Assembly: GCF_009834535.1 (NCBI RefSeq) | Contig: NC_045697.1 | Span: 73,162,001-73,226,000 of the forward strand | DNA: 64,000 nt | Direction: 5' to 3' | From: Camelus ferus | Taxonomy: Eukaryota | Part shown: positions 1-12,059 of the stretch, piece by piece | Numbering within the stretch: the stretch's first letter is position 1 | Layout of the letters: the number at the start of each line of letters is the position of its first letter | Notes under the pieces: generated by a model | The model's input: only the letters and a program-made list of their open reading frames with translations | What the model was told of the DNA's origin: nothing | Databases searched by the model: none | Program-made: the position numbers and the translations under genes

Positions 1-89
1 ACTTCTTTTGAGTGAGTAGAGGAAGGGGCAACCTTTCCCAGATTGCAAGGACTCTTATATACAATGAAGACTCAAGGAGGAGACTGGGA

Positions 90-1000
90 AGATATTTCAA
101 CAAATATTGTATTTATTACTCAATAAATGCATAATGCATGACACCCATAAGCCAGGGGATAATCTTATATTCAATAGTAAATAATAGCTCTATGAGTTTA
201 TATTCTATAATGGCTTACAAGTTGTGATGATTGTTAAGACGAAAAATAAAAAGGTTAAGGAAAAAACAACCAAAGATAGTAAGAGGACAGAGAGTGATGG
301 GATTGGGGTAGAAGCCTATTTTAGATAGTGTTGTCAAGGACAATCTCCCTGATAATCTGACAACGACTTGGTGGAGATATGATGGTAGTGAAGAGGTAAC
401 CAAAGAAAAATGTAAGGGAAGATTATTTCAGGCAGAAGTCACAGCAACCATGGAGGATAGTGTTTGCTGAACATACAGAATGCCAGTGTGGCTGGAAGAG
501 ACTGAGTGGGGCAGAGAGGGAAAAGATAGGATCAGAGGGTTAGAATGGCATAGACAATGGAGTGCTCTGTTCCTGTTGCTAAACTTTTAATGATTTTTCT
601 TAATGAGATAAAACCACTGGGACATTTTAAGCAAGGGAGACAAATGGTGTGACTTACATTTTCAAGAATTACATAGGATGCTCTACTGAGAACAGACTAA
701 AAGGAACGGATGGTAAAACACTGAGGCTGTATGAAAGCTCTGCAGTTGTCTGACTTGAACCAGAATGGGTTTAGCAATAAAGACATAATTTGAAGGGACA
801 CTGACAAGATTTGCTGACAGATTAAGCATTTTATGAAGGAGAGAAAAAAAGTTAAGGATGTTTACAAGTGTAATGGGCTGAACTACTGGAAGGTTGGAAT
901 TTCTAATAACCAGCATACAGAAGAAGGATGTAGGAAAAGCAGTTTGGTTTGGAGGTAGGAAGTAAGAGCTCAGGTTTGGACAGTTCCCATTTAAGATGCT
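90..1000 (-). mobile_element. L2 LINE relic (3' part, antisense)
   Basis: Starts with a degenerate reverse-complemented L2 3' end (ttcaacaaatattg...tcaataaatgcataatgcatgacacc), followed by purine-rich L2 antisense body. Boundaries approximate. Confidence 0.65.
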
Positions 1001-1039
1001 TTTCAAAATGGAGAGTAAGGTCTCTCAGGCCCTTTCACT

Positions 1040-1226
1040 TTCAGTCTGTGTAACTTAGATCAAGCATTTTAATGTCTCTATGCCTTCATTTTCTCATCTA
1101 TGATGCAGATGATAAAGGTGCTTCGTAGTTTTGTTGTGAGAATTAAATGAGGTAACTCATATAATACGACATTTTGACAAATGCCAGGCTCACATAAGGG
1201 TTCAAAACATATTGGCTATTATTGTT
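1040..1226 (+). mobile_element. MIR SINE
   Basis: MIR core and tail: tgtgtaacttagatcaagcattttaatgtctctatgccttcattttctcatctat...gttgtgagaattaaatgag...ggctattattgtt. Confidence 0.75.
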
Positions 1227-1239
1227 AGACAGATGATGA

Positions 1240-2510
1240 TAGGTGGTGAGAAGTGGTCAAGCTTAGGACTCATTACAAAAATTGTCAATAAGGTTGTCTA
1301 ACAGGTGGGATGAAGAGTGTGAGAAAAGTGGATGAGCCAAAGGTAACTCCAAGAATTTTCCCTTGAGCATCTGAAAAATTGAGGGACTATTTAATGAGAT
1401 AGTTGGAACTAGGAGAGAAACAGTTTGAAATAAGTAAGGAGAGAATAAAAATTTCATCTCTAGGCATGTTAAGCTGGAAATGCCCATTAGATGTCCATGT
1501 GGAGCTACAGAATAAGCAGGTGCATATACAAATCTAGAGTTTTGATCAGAGTTCCAAGCTGAAGATATAAATTCAGGAGTTCTCATAACGCAGAGGGAAT
1601 TTCAAATCATGGGAATGGATGAGACCATCAAAAAAGTGAGTATTGATTGCAAAGAGGAGAGATCCTAGATCTGTGGAATTCAAATATTCAGTGGCCTGAT
1701 AGATATGAGATAAGCAGCAAAAGAGACTGAAGGTGAGAGGAAAACCAAATGAAGAGAGTATTTCAAGAAAGTGAGATTAATTGTATCAAGTGTTGATCAT
1801 AGTTTACTCATAAAGAGGGCTGAACTTTGACCATTAGGTTCAACATTGTATAGCTCAAATGGCACCTGGGGTTGAGGAGCTTTCTTTTGCTTTGTTTAAG
1901 ATGGTTAATATATATATATATGTTTTATATATATATATGTATTTTTATATATATATATTTTATATATATATGTAAATAATACTTATAAAGACTTATATAC
2001 ATGTATACATATGTAAGTGTACGTATATACTTGTAATATATATGTATACACACACATATACATACTACTTGTATTTATCAGAATAGGAAAAACTCATGAT
2101 TCAGGACGGAGAAAATGAGGACACATATAGAAGTAAAATCCCTAAATATGTGAAAAGGACTCTAGTGCCCAAAAGAGAATGTGGCCTTATATACAAGCAT
2201 AGTCAGTTCACCTAGAAAAAAAAAAAACTGACAGGAATTTAGGTATATGCATTCAGAGAAGATTGGTGTTACTCTTGATAAGTAAAGAATGAAAAATTTC
2301 TCCCCTGACTGTTTCTAAGCAATCAGAAAAATGAGATGCAATGTCCTTAACTGAGAGTTATAGGAAATAGTGTTGGGAGTTTGAGGAGAGAGGGAACATG
2401 TAAAATATTTACCTAGGAGAATGAGAGACTTTCCTTCTTTTGAGAATTGTTGTGGGATGTCCAGTAGCACCATGGGTCCACTTAAAGTTCATGATGTTGA
2501 ATTTAAAACA
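1240..2510 (-). mobile_element. L2 LINE relic, interrupted by a TA-rich microsatellite
   Basis: L2 antisense motifs (ggcatgttaagctggaaatgcccattagatgtccatgtggag; gaagatataaattcaggagt; gggaatggatgagacc). Right boundary uncertain. Confidence 0.55.
1907..2065. repeat. (TA)n / (TATG)n low-complexity microsatellite
   Basis: Interrupted TA runs visible directly. Confidence 0.9.
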
Positions 2511-2729
2511 AGACATGGAGGGGTGTTTTCACTAAGTCAGATTTAGATATTCAGATTTTTTTAATTGAACATTGCTAATCTCACCCACTGCTTTTTCACC
2601 ATCATAGACACTGGTCACACTGTCCTTGTCACTTTCCCTTCTCCACATGGGCAAATAAATGTCTGTTCACCAGAGGGAAACACTAAACAGGGAAGAAAGA
2701 AAAATAAATGTACTTTATGAAGCTCTAGT

Positions 2730-3591
2730 AAAAATATCCTGACAATACCAAATGTTGGCAAGGATATGGAGCAACAGGAACTCTCATTCATTGCTGGTGG
2801 GAGTGTAAAATGATACAGCCACTTTGAAAGACAGTTTGGCAGTTTCTTGCAAAACTAAACATAGTCCTACCATATGATCCAGCAATCACGCTTTGTGGTA
2901 TTTACCCAAATGCGTTGAAAACTTATGTTCACATGAAAACCTGCACACGGATATTTATAACAGTTTCACTTGTAATTGCTAAAACCTGAAAGCAATCAAG
3001 ATGTCCCTCAGTAGGTGAATGGATAAATAAACTGCTACATTCAGACAATGGAATTCAGTGCTAAAATGAAATAAGTTATCAAGTCATAAGAAGACAGGGA
3101 GGAACCTTAAATACATATTACTAAGTAAAAAAGCCTGTGAAAAAAAGTAGAAGGCTACTATTGTGTGATTCCAACTATGAGACTTCCTGGAAAAAAAGGC
3201 AAAACTGTGGATGCGGTAATAAGATCAGTGATTGCCAAGGGGGGCGGGATGGAAGAACAGGCAGAGCACAGAGGAGTTTTAGGGCAGTGGAATTATTCCG
3301 TAGGATACTATAATGATGGATAGATGTCATTAAATATTTGTTCAAACACAGAATGTACAACACCGAGAGTGGACCATAATGTAACTTCTGGACTATGTGT
3401 CATAATGATGCATTAATGTAGGTTTATCAATTATAACAAATGTACCACTCTGGTGGGGTGGGGTGGGGTGAGATGATGGAGGTGGAGGAGGCTGTGCAGG
3501 TCGGGGGCAGGAGTATGTGGGGATTCTTTGTACTTTCCTTCAGGTTACTATAAACCTAAAACTGCTCTAAAAATGAACGTCCATTAAAAAA
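2730..3591 (+). mobile_element. Old L1 3' end (L1MC-like)
   Basis: ORF2 C-terminal DNA (gacaataccaaatgttggcaagg...ccatatgatccagcaatc) and an L1MC-type 3'UTR (gaatgtacaacacc...aacaaatgtaccactctggtgg...aaacctaaaactgctctaaaa). Confidence 0.85.
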
Positions 3592-4579
3592 CATACATAT
3601 CCCTTTCATAAAAGTACCTTCCTACTTGGCCTTCTACATTATTTGCAAATTATTGAATATTATTTATCAAAATTGAAGCATAGCTATTTAAGAAGCTCTC
3701 AAATGAAAGTAAGTAATCATAAAGAGGTAAAAAAAATATATAACAACCGGCAGAAAATTTTATGTGGATGACACACATTACCAGTTACACAGGAAAAATT
3801 TCAAGCCCCCTCATTTTTTCAGTCTACTTCAGTTGCTTGGATTCTTCCAATTCCTCACACCCTACTTGGGTTTTGTACCCTGTGGCTAGATAATAGAATG
3901 CCCTTTATATACCAGCATCTCCCAGGTTCACTTTTTTTTACCCCCTTTTTTTTTCCTTCCTCCTAAAAGATAGCAGGGTCCCAGAATGCATTTTGAGTGG
4001 GAATCCAAACTTCACACTGCACTAACCTACAAGCAGCTCAAAAAACCATACCCCCAACTCCAACGGATTTATTATTTTTTTCATTCACAACAAAATTGCC
4101 ATTCCCCTGACCACTATATAAGTATTTCTTATTGATTTTTTAAGTCACAAGGATGGTGCTGGGTACAAAACAAGGAAAGCATGTCTTATTGACTTGAAAG
4201 GCAGTGCACGCGACAGGTAACCTACCCCTCCAATAAAATCAAATAGACCTACATTTTATTACCCAAGAAACAAAGAAGAAAGACGCTTCTCCTTGGGAAA
4301 TGTCTTCTTTTTAATTTTTAAAAAATTTCCTCTCTACTTAAGTAGCAGATAAAAAAGCAACAGAATAAAAGAAGGAAGGCAATCGTCTAGAGAGAATAAT
4401 TGTGAGTTTAAAAAAATGATGCTCCGAGAAAAAATAATTAGTAAGGGCATCCAGGAGACATATAAAACAGCAAAGCTGTAACAGGTTACCATTAGCAAAG
4501 GGTATAAAGGGAGGCTTGTCAGAGATTAGAGGTGATTACAAAGTCGGAGCACGCAGTGGGAACGGTGGGCTCACCACTT

Positions 4580-4880
4580 TCCAGGAACAGGAGAAAAAGC
4601 AGAATGTGTTAAGGTGAGGGTTGAATTTCTTAATAGCTACTTTACCTCAGTCATTGACAACAATTATAATAGGAACAGGATGCTCAGGGCAATAAGAGTT
4701 AATGAGAAAAACATGTAACTGGGCAAAATTTGAATCATATTTAGTTTAAAAAATATCTAAGTAACTTGGAAGGTACTCAAATCTGCAGAGTATATGAGAT
4801 CCACTCCAGAACACTGATTTTTAAAGTAGGTAAATCAAACAGCAGAACCATTGCAACACATTCTGGAAAACTATAGTTAT
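4580..4880 (+). mobile_element. L3/CR1 LINE ORF2 relic (pre-RT region)
   Basis: Frameshifted translations FLNSYFTSVI, KYLSNL, EIHSRTL and TAEPLQHILEN resemble CR1 ORF2 LLNSYFASVF...EIHPRVL...IAEPLSIIFEK. Confidence 0.55.
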
Positions 4881-5429
4881 TTTTTTAACTTTTCTTTTTC
4901 AATTACAAAAGTCTTGAATGAGTCTTCTAAGAATCTAGTAAAAAAAATAAAAACTCTTTTTCGGTATCCAACTTTTTCAGATCTTTTCATCCCCTGAACA
5001 ATTCCACTGTCTAAACCTCAGGTAACCATGATTGACAATTTAGTCAGAACACTTCTTTTGAAGTCTTAGACACACCCCCCACCCCAATATACATACATAT
5101 CAGATATAAATCTCCATTCATAAATTTAGGTGTAAAAGAAAAATAACGCTTGTTCTTTTTTTATAATTGGACCGAAGTGTATAAGGTGTCCCAGTTAGAA
5201 ACCTAGTCTCCATTTGTTTTCAATCCTTACCCCTTTGTCTGGGTTTGTGTCACAGGTCTGGGGGACCGATGAGTTATCAAGGTATCAAGAGAGGACCTCA
5301 GTGCCGTCATCTGAGCGTGCCTGCATCCACACGGGGTCCTGATTCCCATCCATGAAGGTCTTTGACCTTCACGTCACTGAGGTTTTTCCCGTGCCTTCCC
5401 TTCTTTTCATCTTCAAGCTCTCTACATTT

Positions 5430-6107
5430 CTACCCAGTCTCTACGTCATATCCCTTCTGGTTTGGAGTGCACGGCTCACCTAAATAAATGCCGTGATCCC
5501 TCAGCCGTTCTACTGCTAACTTCCTTTTCCCTACAGTCTGTTTTGCACATCAGTCAGCGTGATTGTTAAAGCAGGAGTCCGGTCACGTGAATCCTCTGTT
5601 TAAACTCTTCCAGCGGATTTCTCCCCTCACCCAGACTGCAGCTTCATTTCTTACAATGACCCACAGGCCCTTGTGGTCTGATCTCTCTACCCACATGACT
5701 TGCTTATGCTGCTCCAGACACACTAGTCTCTCCCTGGTTCCGTGGACCCACCAGGAGTGCTCCCACTGTAAGGCCTTTTTATTGTTTCTTTATTTTTTTT
5801 TCTGCTGACAATGCTTCTCACACAGATATTCTTAAAGCCTTCTTTCAAAAGTCACTTTTTCGCTGAGCAGCAACATTGCTGTCCTATCGAAAAATTTGTT
5901 CTTCTACAGCTAATACCTCATCCCTTAGAAGTTTTCACTAATACTATGTTTTATTTTCTTCTGTGTTTAATATCTGTTTCCAGCTCTGCAGTATAAACCC
6001 CACGAAGGCAAGTAATTTTATGCATTACATTATTCTAGGTGTTCAGTAATGTGTCTGGTGTATGGAATGCCTTTAATAAATGTCCTTTAAATGAATACAT
6101 GAGTGAT
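5430..6107 (+). mobile_element. L2 LINE 3' end
   Basis: L2 3' motifs (tcacgtgaatcctctgtttaaactcttccagcgg; gtataaaccccacgaaggcaag) and tail taataaatgtcctttaaatgaatacatgagtga. Confidence 0.75.
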
Positions 6108-6834
6108 GGGAAACACTGTTGCTCCTACCCTATGCTGAGGCTCTAGACAACGCTTCAGAACTGTCTCAGCCCTGTTTTTCCCTGGAAAGGTATTTTCTTT
6201 ATTTTCATACTCTGCTGAGTAGAAGTCAATTAAGATTCTGTTTCTTTTGGGAACGTCCCTGGAAATGGTTAAAGACCACTTCTATCCTAAGACTGGCTGA
6301 ACATAGCTAGTAATTATACCGTTTTGAAAAAGATGCAACCACAGAGCCCTAGTTCAGGAAACTTTCACCACCTAAATTCTAACTTTCAATCCTTTCCTAG
6401 TTCCTAGAATATTCTTGTAGAAGGGGGATGGTGAAAGGCTGACTTATTTTGGTCACAGGTGCTGTAGGAACTCAGGCTTTTCAAATTCAAAAGTCAAGAT
6501 TGACTCTTCTGTTCAGAAAAACGTTGTTATGAATGAAGAAACATAGAAGTTACTAACTACTATCGAGGGAAGAATCCCAGTACAGCATAAAATAACAGAA
6601 GCAACAAAACCTACCAGTTATTACATCAAAGCAGTATTATGTTTACTTAGTTAGGTATGACTATGTAATACTATTAAACCATTTCTCATTTGCCTTTTTT
6701 CCCCATTAACAATTTACCTTGGGGAAAACAAAACAAAACAAAACCAATATACCTTGGAAAGTGTTCTGTATAGAATTAGTGCTTCTTGCTTAGTTTTTTG
6801 AATGATGTCATGGTCTTTAATATGATTGTACTAA

Positions 6835-7195
6835 ATATTTATTGTGGCTGCAGCATGGAAAGATGACACAATCAAATTCTGAGAATTCAAGAAGGGTTTA
6901 ATAAAAGGTCTAATGACAAGAGTGTAGCTAGGGTGCAAGGAAACCAGAACAGACCATACAGAAATCTGAAGAGGAGAGGCAGCAGTTACCAAAACTCAGG
7001 GAGCCTGAGAAACTCAGGGAACCAGGTGACACACATCTTGAATTCACTCTCCTTCCTTACTTGGATCCCCAACTAGGATCCCCTTTGGCCAAACTCAATA
7101 GAAGCCAAAGTGCAAGGAAGTTCATTGATTCAATTTATTCTGACCAGCCTCCAAGGGCAGAGAGATGGACGAAAAGGGAAGAAAACATAGCAGAT
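6835..7195 (-). mobile_element. LTR33-like ERVL solo LTR
   Basis: Motifs aagatgacacaatcaaa...gggtttaataaaagg...gggtgcaaggaaacca and ttggccaaactcaatagaagccaaagtgcaagg...accagcctccaagggcagaga match recalled LTR33 antisense. Confidence 0.6.
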
Positions 7196-7269
7196 TATGG
7201 TATGTCCTTTTGGAAAAATCAGTGAAACACACCATACACATACACATCTTAACACTTATTTATGTCTAC

Positions 7270-8194
7270 ATCATAAATTTTTTTTTGTATCTAGAAATCT
7301 CTCTATGTCAGCACAGATAAATTTTCTTTTCTAATGTCAACCTAAATACAGCTGTACCATGAAATATTCAACATAACGCATCCTCTAGAGATGTTTTAGA
7401 TTGCTTTCAAATGTTTGTCATTAACAAAAATGCTGCAGTGTTTGTATGTACGTGAATGTCTGCAGGCTAAATTACTAGACACGCAATTTTTTTTATTCAA
7501 AGGAAAAGCACCTTACCTTTAAAAAATATTTTTAGTATGAAATATATCATACCCACATAAAATGCACATAACAGGTATGTAAAATTTTAAGCTAATACTC
7601 ATTTACCCAACACTCACAACAAGAAAGAGAAAGTTGCTGACTCAGGAAGGACCCCTTTGCTCTCCTCCCATCCCCACAAGGGCTAAACGCCATCTTGATT
7701 TCTGTCATAATTATTTCTTTACAGTTACTGATAATTGTATTTATATATGTTTTAACTTCATATAAATGTAATCATAGCTTTGTTTGCTTTTGTAATCTTC
7801 TGTTTCTCTCAACTTGTGGGTGAGATTCTGCCATGTTGTGGCATTTAGTTATGACTTAGTCATTTCTGTTGTACAGCATTCTCTGTACCATAATTGATTT
7901 AGTCATCCTACTGTTGGTGGATACGTGGGCTCTGTTAACAGTTTTCTCTTTTTCTTTTCTAAAACATATCAATGTGAATAATCTTGTATATGTATCCAGA
8001 AGACAGGGACAGAATTATTTCCTGAGTCACATCTATGAAAGAATTGCCTAGGCACAGAGTATGCAGGGTTTCAGTGTATTACACAGTGACAAACCGTTGC
8101 TCAAAGACTTCTGTAATATACACTTCTTTCATCAGTGTTGAAGTATTTTTATTGCTCTATTTTCATTGATGCTTGATAATGTTAGACGTTGGCT
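7270..8194 (-). mobile_element. Old L1 (L1ME-like) 3' relic, left part
   Basis: T-rich L1 antisense motifs. It resumes at ~10772 after the ERVL insertion. Confidence 0.6.
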
Positions 8195-9299
8195 TGTTGA
8201 GAGTTTAGCAAATTTTACTCCATGATATTGGGGCTTTGACATCCTTTCGTGTGGAAGTTAGTTTTCCTCCCTCAGTGAAAGATGCCCACAGAAGCAGTGC
8301 AGGCGCTGCTCAGCGTTGCAGGATACCAACGTGCCAAGGCACTGGTCCCATGCTCTCGGGCTCCAGGAGCCAGCCTGAATGTTCCTGCCATCATCGTACC
8401 AGTGGAGGCTGAACCCAAGCCTGATGAGGTCCGCTGGGACACCCTGGAGGGGGATGCAGCTGCTCACAAGTCCGGCCACTGGGGACGTCCACCACAGAGC
8501 TTTCCAGCGACAATTCTTACGGTCAGATAAGTGGGGGTTAGTAGAGAATTAGAAACTGAAACTCAAAACTTTATGTGTCTCAAGAGCCAAGCTATTTTTA
8601 AAGACTTTACGGAGCAGAAGGGAGAAAAAGAGGTTGACTGGCTGTTGACAGTGTTTAATACTGGCTCTGAGCTACTAGTCAGTGCCACAAAAATAAGGCA
8701 AGTTGCCAGTATTTCCAAAGACCCCAAGATGCATAACCTTTTAAAAAACTCCTGGAGCATTACCCTAGGGACCCACAGCTCTCCAGAGCGTGCCCCACCT
8801 TTCGAGGACAATTGCCCATTTATGATTCTGGAGCTTCACTGGGACAAAAGCAATATCCAGCCATTTCTGGTTCTTTGAACATAAGAGCCCAAGTCTTCTA
8901 AATTCCCCAAGGGAACTTCATACAGCCTACAAGGCATAGCAGGTAAAAATGTAAAGGGCGTAAAAATTAAGCTGGATGTGTCTATTGGCATCATGTTTCT
9001 AAAGCATATCTGGGCCAGTAAAATCTGTATAATCATGATCTCTAAGCCATTTGGTAAGGGTTTGCCCCTTGGGCTCTCTATTACAAGGGGGTCATATTGT
9101 ACAATCCATCCTCAGTCAGGCTGCAGGTATGTGGCAGATGGTGAGACCATCAAAAAATCAAAATGGTAAGGGGAGCATTTATCCAGTGAACAGATGTGAG
9201 TGACATCCTCTCTAAGGTCAAAGGAGTGGAGGTTCCCCGTCAGTACTAACAGGGAGTCTTCAGAGAAGACTGCTGGTTGTTGTGTGAGGGTTGAAGACC

Positions 9300-9548
9300 T
9301 GAGGACCAGCAATTAAGCAGTATTACAGCCTGGAGTAAAACGCCCGTCCATTTGATGGACCACCTACTGTTTAAAAGCTTGAAGAGCACATCTTTGAGTA
9401 GGCCATTGTGCCTCTTTATAAACCCAATTGCTGGGGGCTAGTAAACCAGATGGAAATTCCACAAGATTCCATGTTCTAGAGCCCAGGATTGAACAGCTTG
9501 GGAGGGGAAACGCGTACCTTGATTTGAGTCGATAGTAGCTGCTGGGCC
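9300..9548 (-). pseudogene. ERVL-type integrase core relic
   Basis: One frame reads GPAATIDSNQGTRFPSQAVQSWALEHGILWNFHLVY*PPAIGFIKRHNGLLKDVL...WTGVLLQAVILLN. This aligns with ERVL integrase SDQGTHF...W...HGIHW..H.P..P.A.G.IERWNGLLK; catalytic D and E are changed to N and K. Confidence 0.8.
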
Positions 9549-10218
9549 AAGGAGGATGAGCACCTACCTGATTAAGGAAAAGATTACATGATGGGAAAAG
9601 GCGTTTCTGGAGGGAGCGACCAGCACGAGTCCAGGGAGGGTATCCGTGACGGTGGCTGCATACCTATTAGCTCCAGCAGAGGGCAGCAGTGGCTGGATAA
9701 CATCAATTTGTCATCCTGAATAAGGTCTATCTTTCTAGGGTACAAGTCCTCACCCAGGAGCCTTCCAGAGTTTTGAGAGTAAAGGAGGCAATTACTTGCT
9801 ACCCCTTTTGATAAAGTGGGAATGAGGGGATGCCACATCTCCGTGCCCAGTCGACAAGTGCTGTCCACCCCGCTGTGGCCTAACGTGATAGGGGTGCACG
9901 CTGCTAGTGGGTAAGGCAGATATCTAAGTTGCCACCTGCACCCCTCCCTACATCGTATTCATACATTGTACACCATGACCCGGCCTCACATGCTCTGAGG
10001 TCCCTGGTTTGTTCCCATGGCTCTCGCCATCCGCCAGGGGACGATGACTGAGAACGGGGTTTCAAACAGTAGAGAGTCTGTTATTCATCAGGGGCTTCAC
10101 CATTATTGGCTGGCTAAATGTGCTTTACTACGGCTTCAGAACACAATACCTGTGTCCTTTAGCGTATCTGCTACACAAGCGCTTGCCATTCTTGATCCCT
10201 AGGCATCACAGGGTGGGC

Positions 10219-10766
10219 TGCTGAGAATACAGCTACACAACTACGTAATAATGTGGCCTTGGCATCCATTACGTGTGGCCTTGTAGCCTGCAGGGGCCCG
10301 GAACTGGCACTCGCCCCTCCAGTGAGCACCTGCTCTAGACAACAGTCAGCAGGGTTATAAGGAAATATAAGTTCCTGACATGAGCCCCCCCAACCATCCT
10401 TGTGACAGGCTCTCTCCCCGGCCTCCCAGGGCTTTTCCTTGTGTGTCCGTTAGATAGGACCCCATGAAGTGTACCAAAGTCTTATCCTTTCTGATTTGAA
10501 TTCACCAAACTGGCCTGAGCTCAGGAACCCCAGAGCACTGCCACAGACCCTAATGCAGGCTTGTGCCCCAGGACTCATCTTTCTCTGCCTGCACTCTGCC
10601 TTAGCCTCCCCGTGTAACCCCTTGAGCTGTGTGGTGTACCTCCTCCAGGACCTGCGTTATAAACTTCCCTGTTCACTCTCCCTTGAGGTCTTATATTGAA
10701 CTTTGGTTCAATATGGAACACACCAGGGGCCCACTTAACAAATGCTAATTTAACACACTCACAACA
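10219..10766 (+). mobile_element. 3' LTR of the ERVL provirus (MER73/MER74/LTR53-like group)
   Basis: TG start after the PPT, CA end, degenerate polyA signal (ttataaacttcc). Aligns by eye along its length with the reverse complement of 57700-58202. Confidence 0.7.
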
Positions 10767-10771
10767 AGGCT

Positions 10772-11620
10772 ATATACCAGCCCCATAAATGTGAAATACA
10801 TTCTACTTGTTGTAATTGGCATTTCCTGAATTTCCAATGAGACTGAGTACTTATTTTTCATGTGTTTACTAAGCATTTGAATCTCTTCCATATATATCTA
10901 CTAGGATATTTTGCTCAGTTTTTCATTGAGTTGTCATTGTTCAGAGACTTGTAGTTGGTGGTCTAGCATGTGGCTCAAGTATTTTCTACTTGGAGCTTGC
11001 CTTTTATCTCTCAGTAAGGTATATACTGATGAAAAAAATCTTAATTTGAGACTTTTTGCGTGTTCATTTTTAAATTAAGCACACTAAGGCAGAGGATATT
11101 CAAATATTATTCCATACCATTTCCTAAAAGTTAAGTAGTTTTGGCTTTCATATTAGGACTATAATTCACCGAGACTTGCTTTTTATATGTGATATGATGC
11201 ACGATTTCGATCTCATTATTTTGCATACAGATACCCAATTCTGTCAGCAGTATTCACTGAAACGTCTCCTCTTTCTGACTGATCTGGCAATAAGGGCTCT
11301 GTCATAAATGAAGTTTCCATACACATATAAGAGGTTTTATAGTCAATATTTAATTCCATGGACCTAGTTCCAAATATTATACTGTCTTTATAACTATAGC
11401 TTGTGTTCTGCCCTATCTTGATACTTGCTAAGACATCTTTCTTCTTTCTCTATTTCTTCAATGGTATCTTAGCCTTGAACTTCTGCTTATATTTTAGAAA
11501 TCTAAATATGAATTCGGGGAAAGCTGATATCTTTATAACATCAAATTCGTCCATCTGTGATTATGGTATTTATCTTCATTTATTTAGTTTTTCTTAAATT
11601 TTATTCAATAACATTTTATG
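10772..11620 (-). mobile_element. Old L1 (L1ME-like) relic, right part
   Basis: L1 antisense continues (taattggcatttcctgaatttccaatgagactgag...ttttcatgtgtttactaagcatttg). Confidence 0.65.
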
Positions 11621-12059
11621 ATTTTATAACAATTCTAAGAATGTTGGAGGAACTTGAATAGTCCAATGCTCTCACTGAGAACAATTTAAAAAGTGATTGA
11701 AATAAGTTAAAAATTTTTGGAGACTTTGGAGGGCTACCAAGAAAACCAAGAATTAAAGAAAACAAATTTTGAAAAGGAAGAACTGAGAGGGTGAGGTGAG
11801 CCAATGTTTCATGCGAAATCCAGCTAGACAAAGGGACAAAGAAATGAACAGTAGTTAAATCTCATGGGACCAGAGGGAGCAAAAAATGCAGACACAAGAG
11901 ATTAGAAATTGGAAAACTGATTCCAGCTGTTGTGGAAGTTTATCTTAATACATTTATTCTATTCAGAAACAGTATATAAGGTAGGTAGGATGCTGAGCCA
12001 AAAAGCTTTGAAACTCACAGTGGTATATGGCTTTTTTGCACTCTTCTACAGGGAATGAC

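Larger units (their letters stand above)
8195..10766 (+). mobile_element. Degraded ERVL-class provirus (5'LTR stub, gag/pro relics, inverted integrase block, PPT, 3'LTR)
   Basis: Ends TGTTGA...ACAACA, flanked by a near-TSD tggct/aggct. The + strand has gag-like KDFTEQKGEKEVDWLLTVFNTG (~8600) and protease-like LHWDKSNIQPFLVL...GIAGKNVKGVKIKLDVSIG (~8830-8990). The - strand has an integrase core (9300-9550). PPT-like cagggtgggc lies directly before the 3'LTR. The host L1 continues across the insertion. Confidence 0.75.

Noticed and set aside
8563..8811. Env transmembrane-like ORF on the minus strand
   Set aside because: The opposite strand gives a better match to ERVL gag, so the hydrophobic peptide is a shadow frame.
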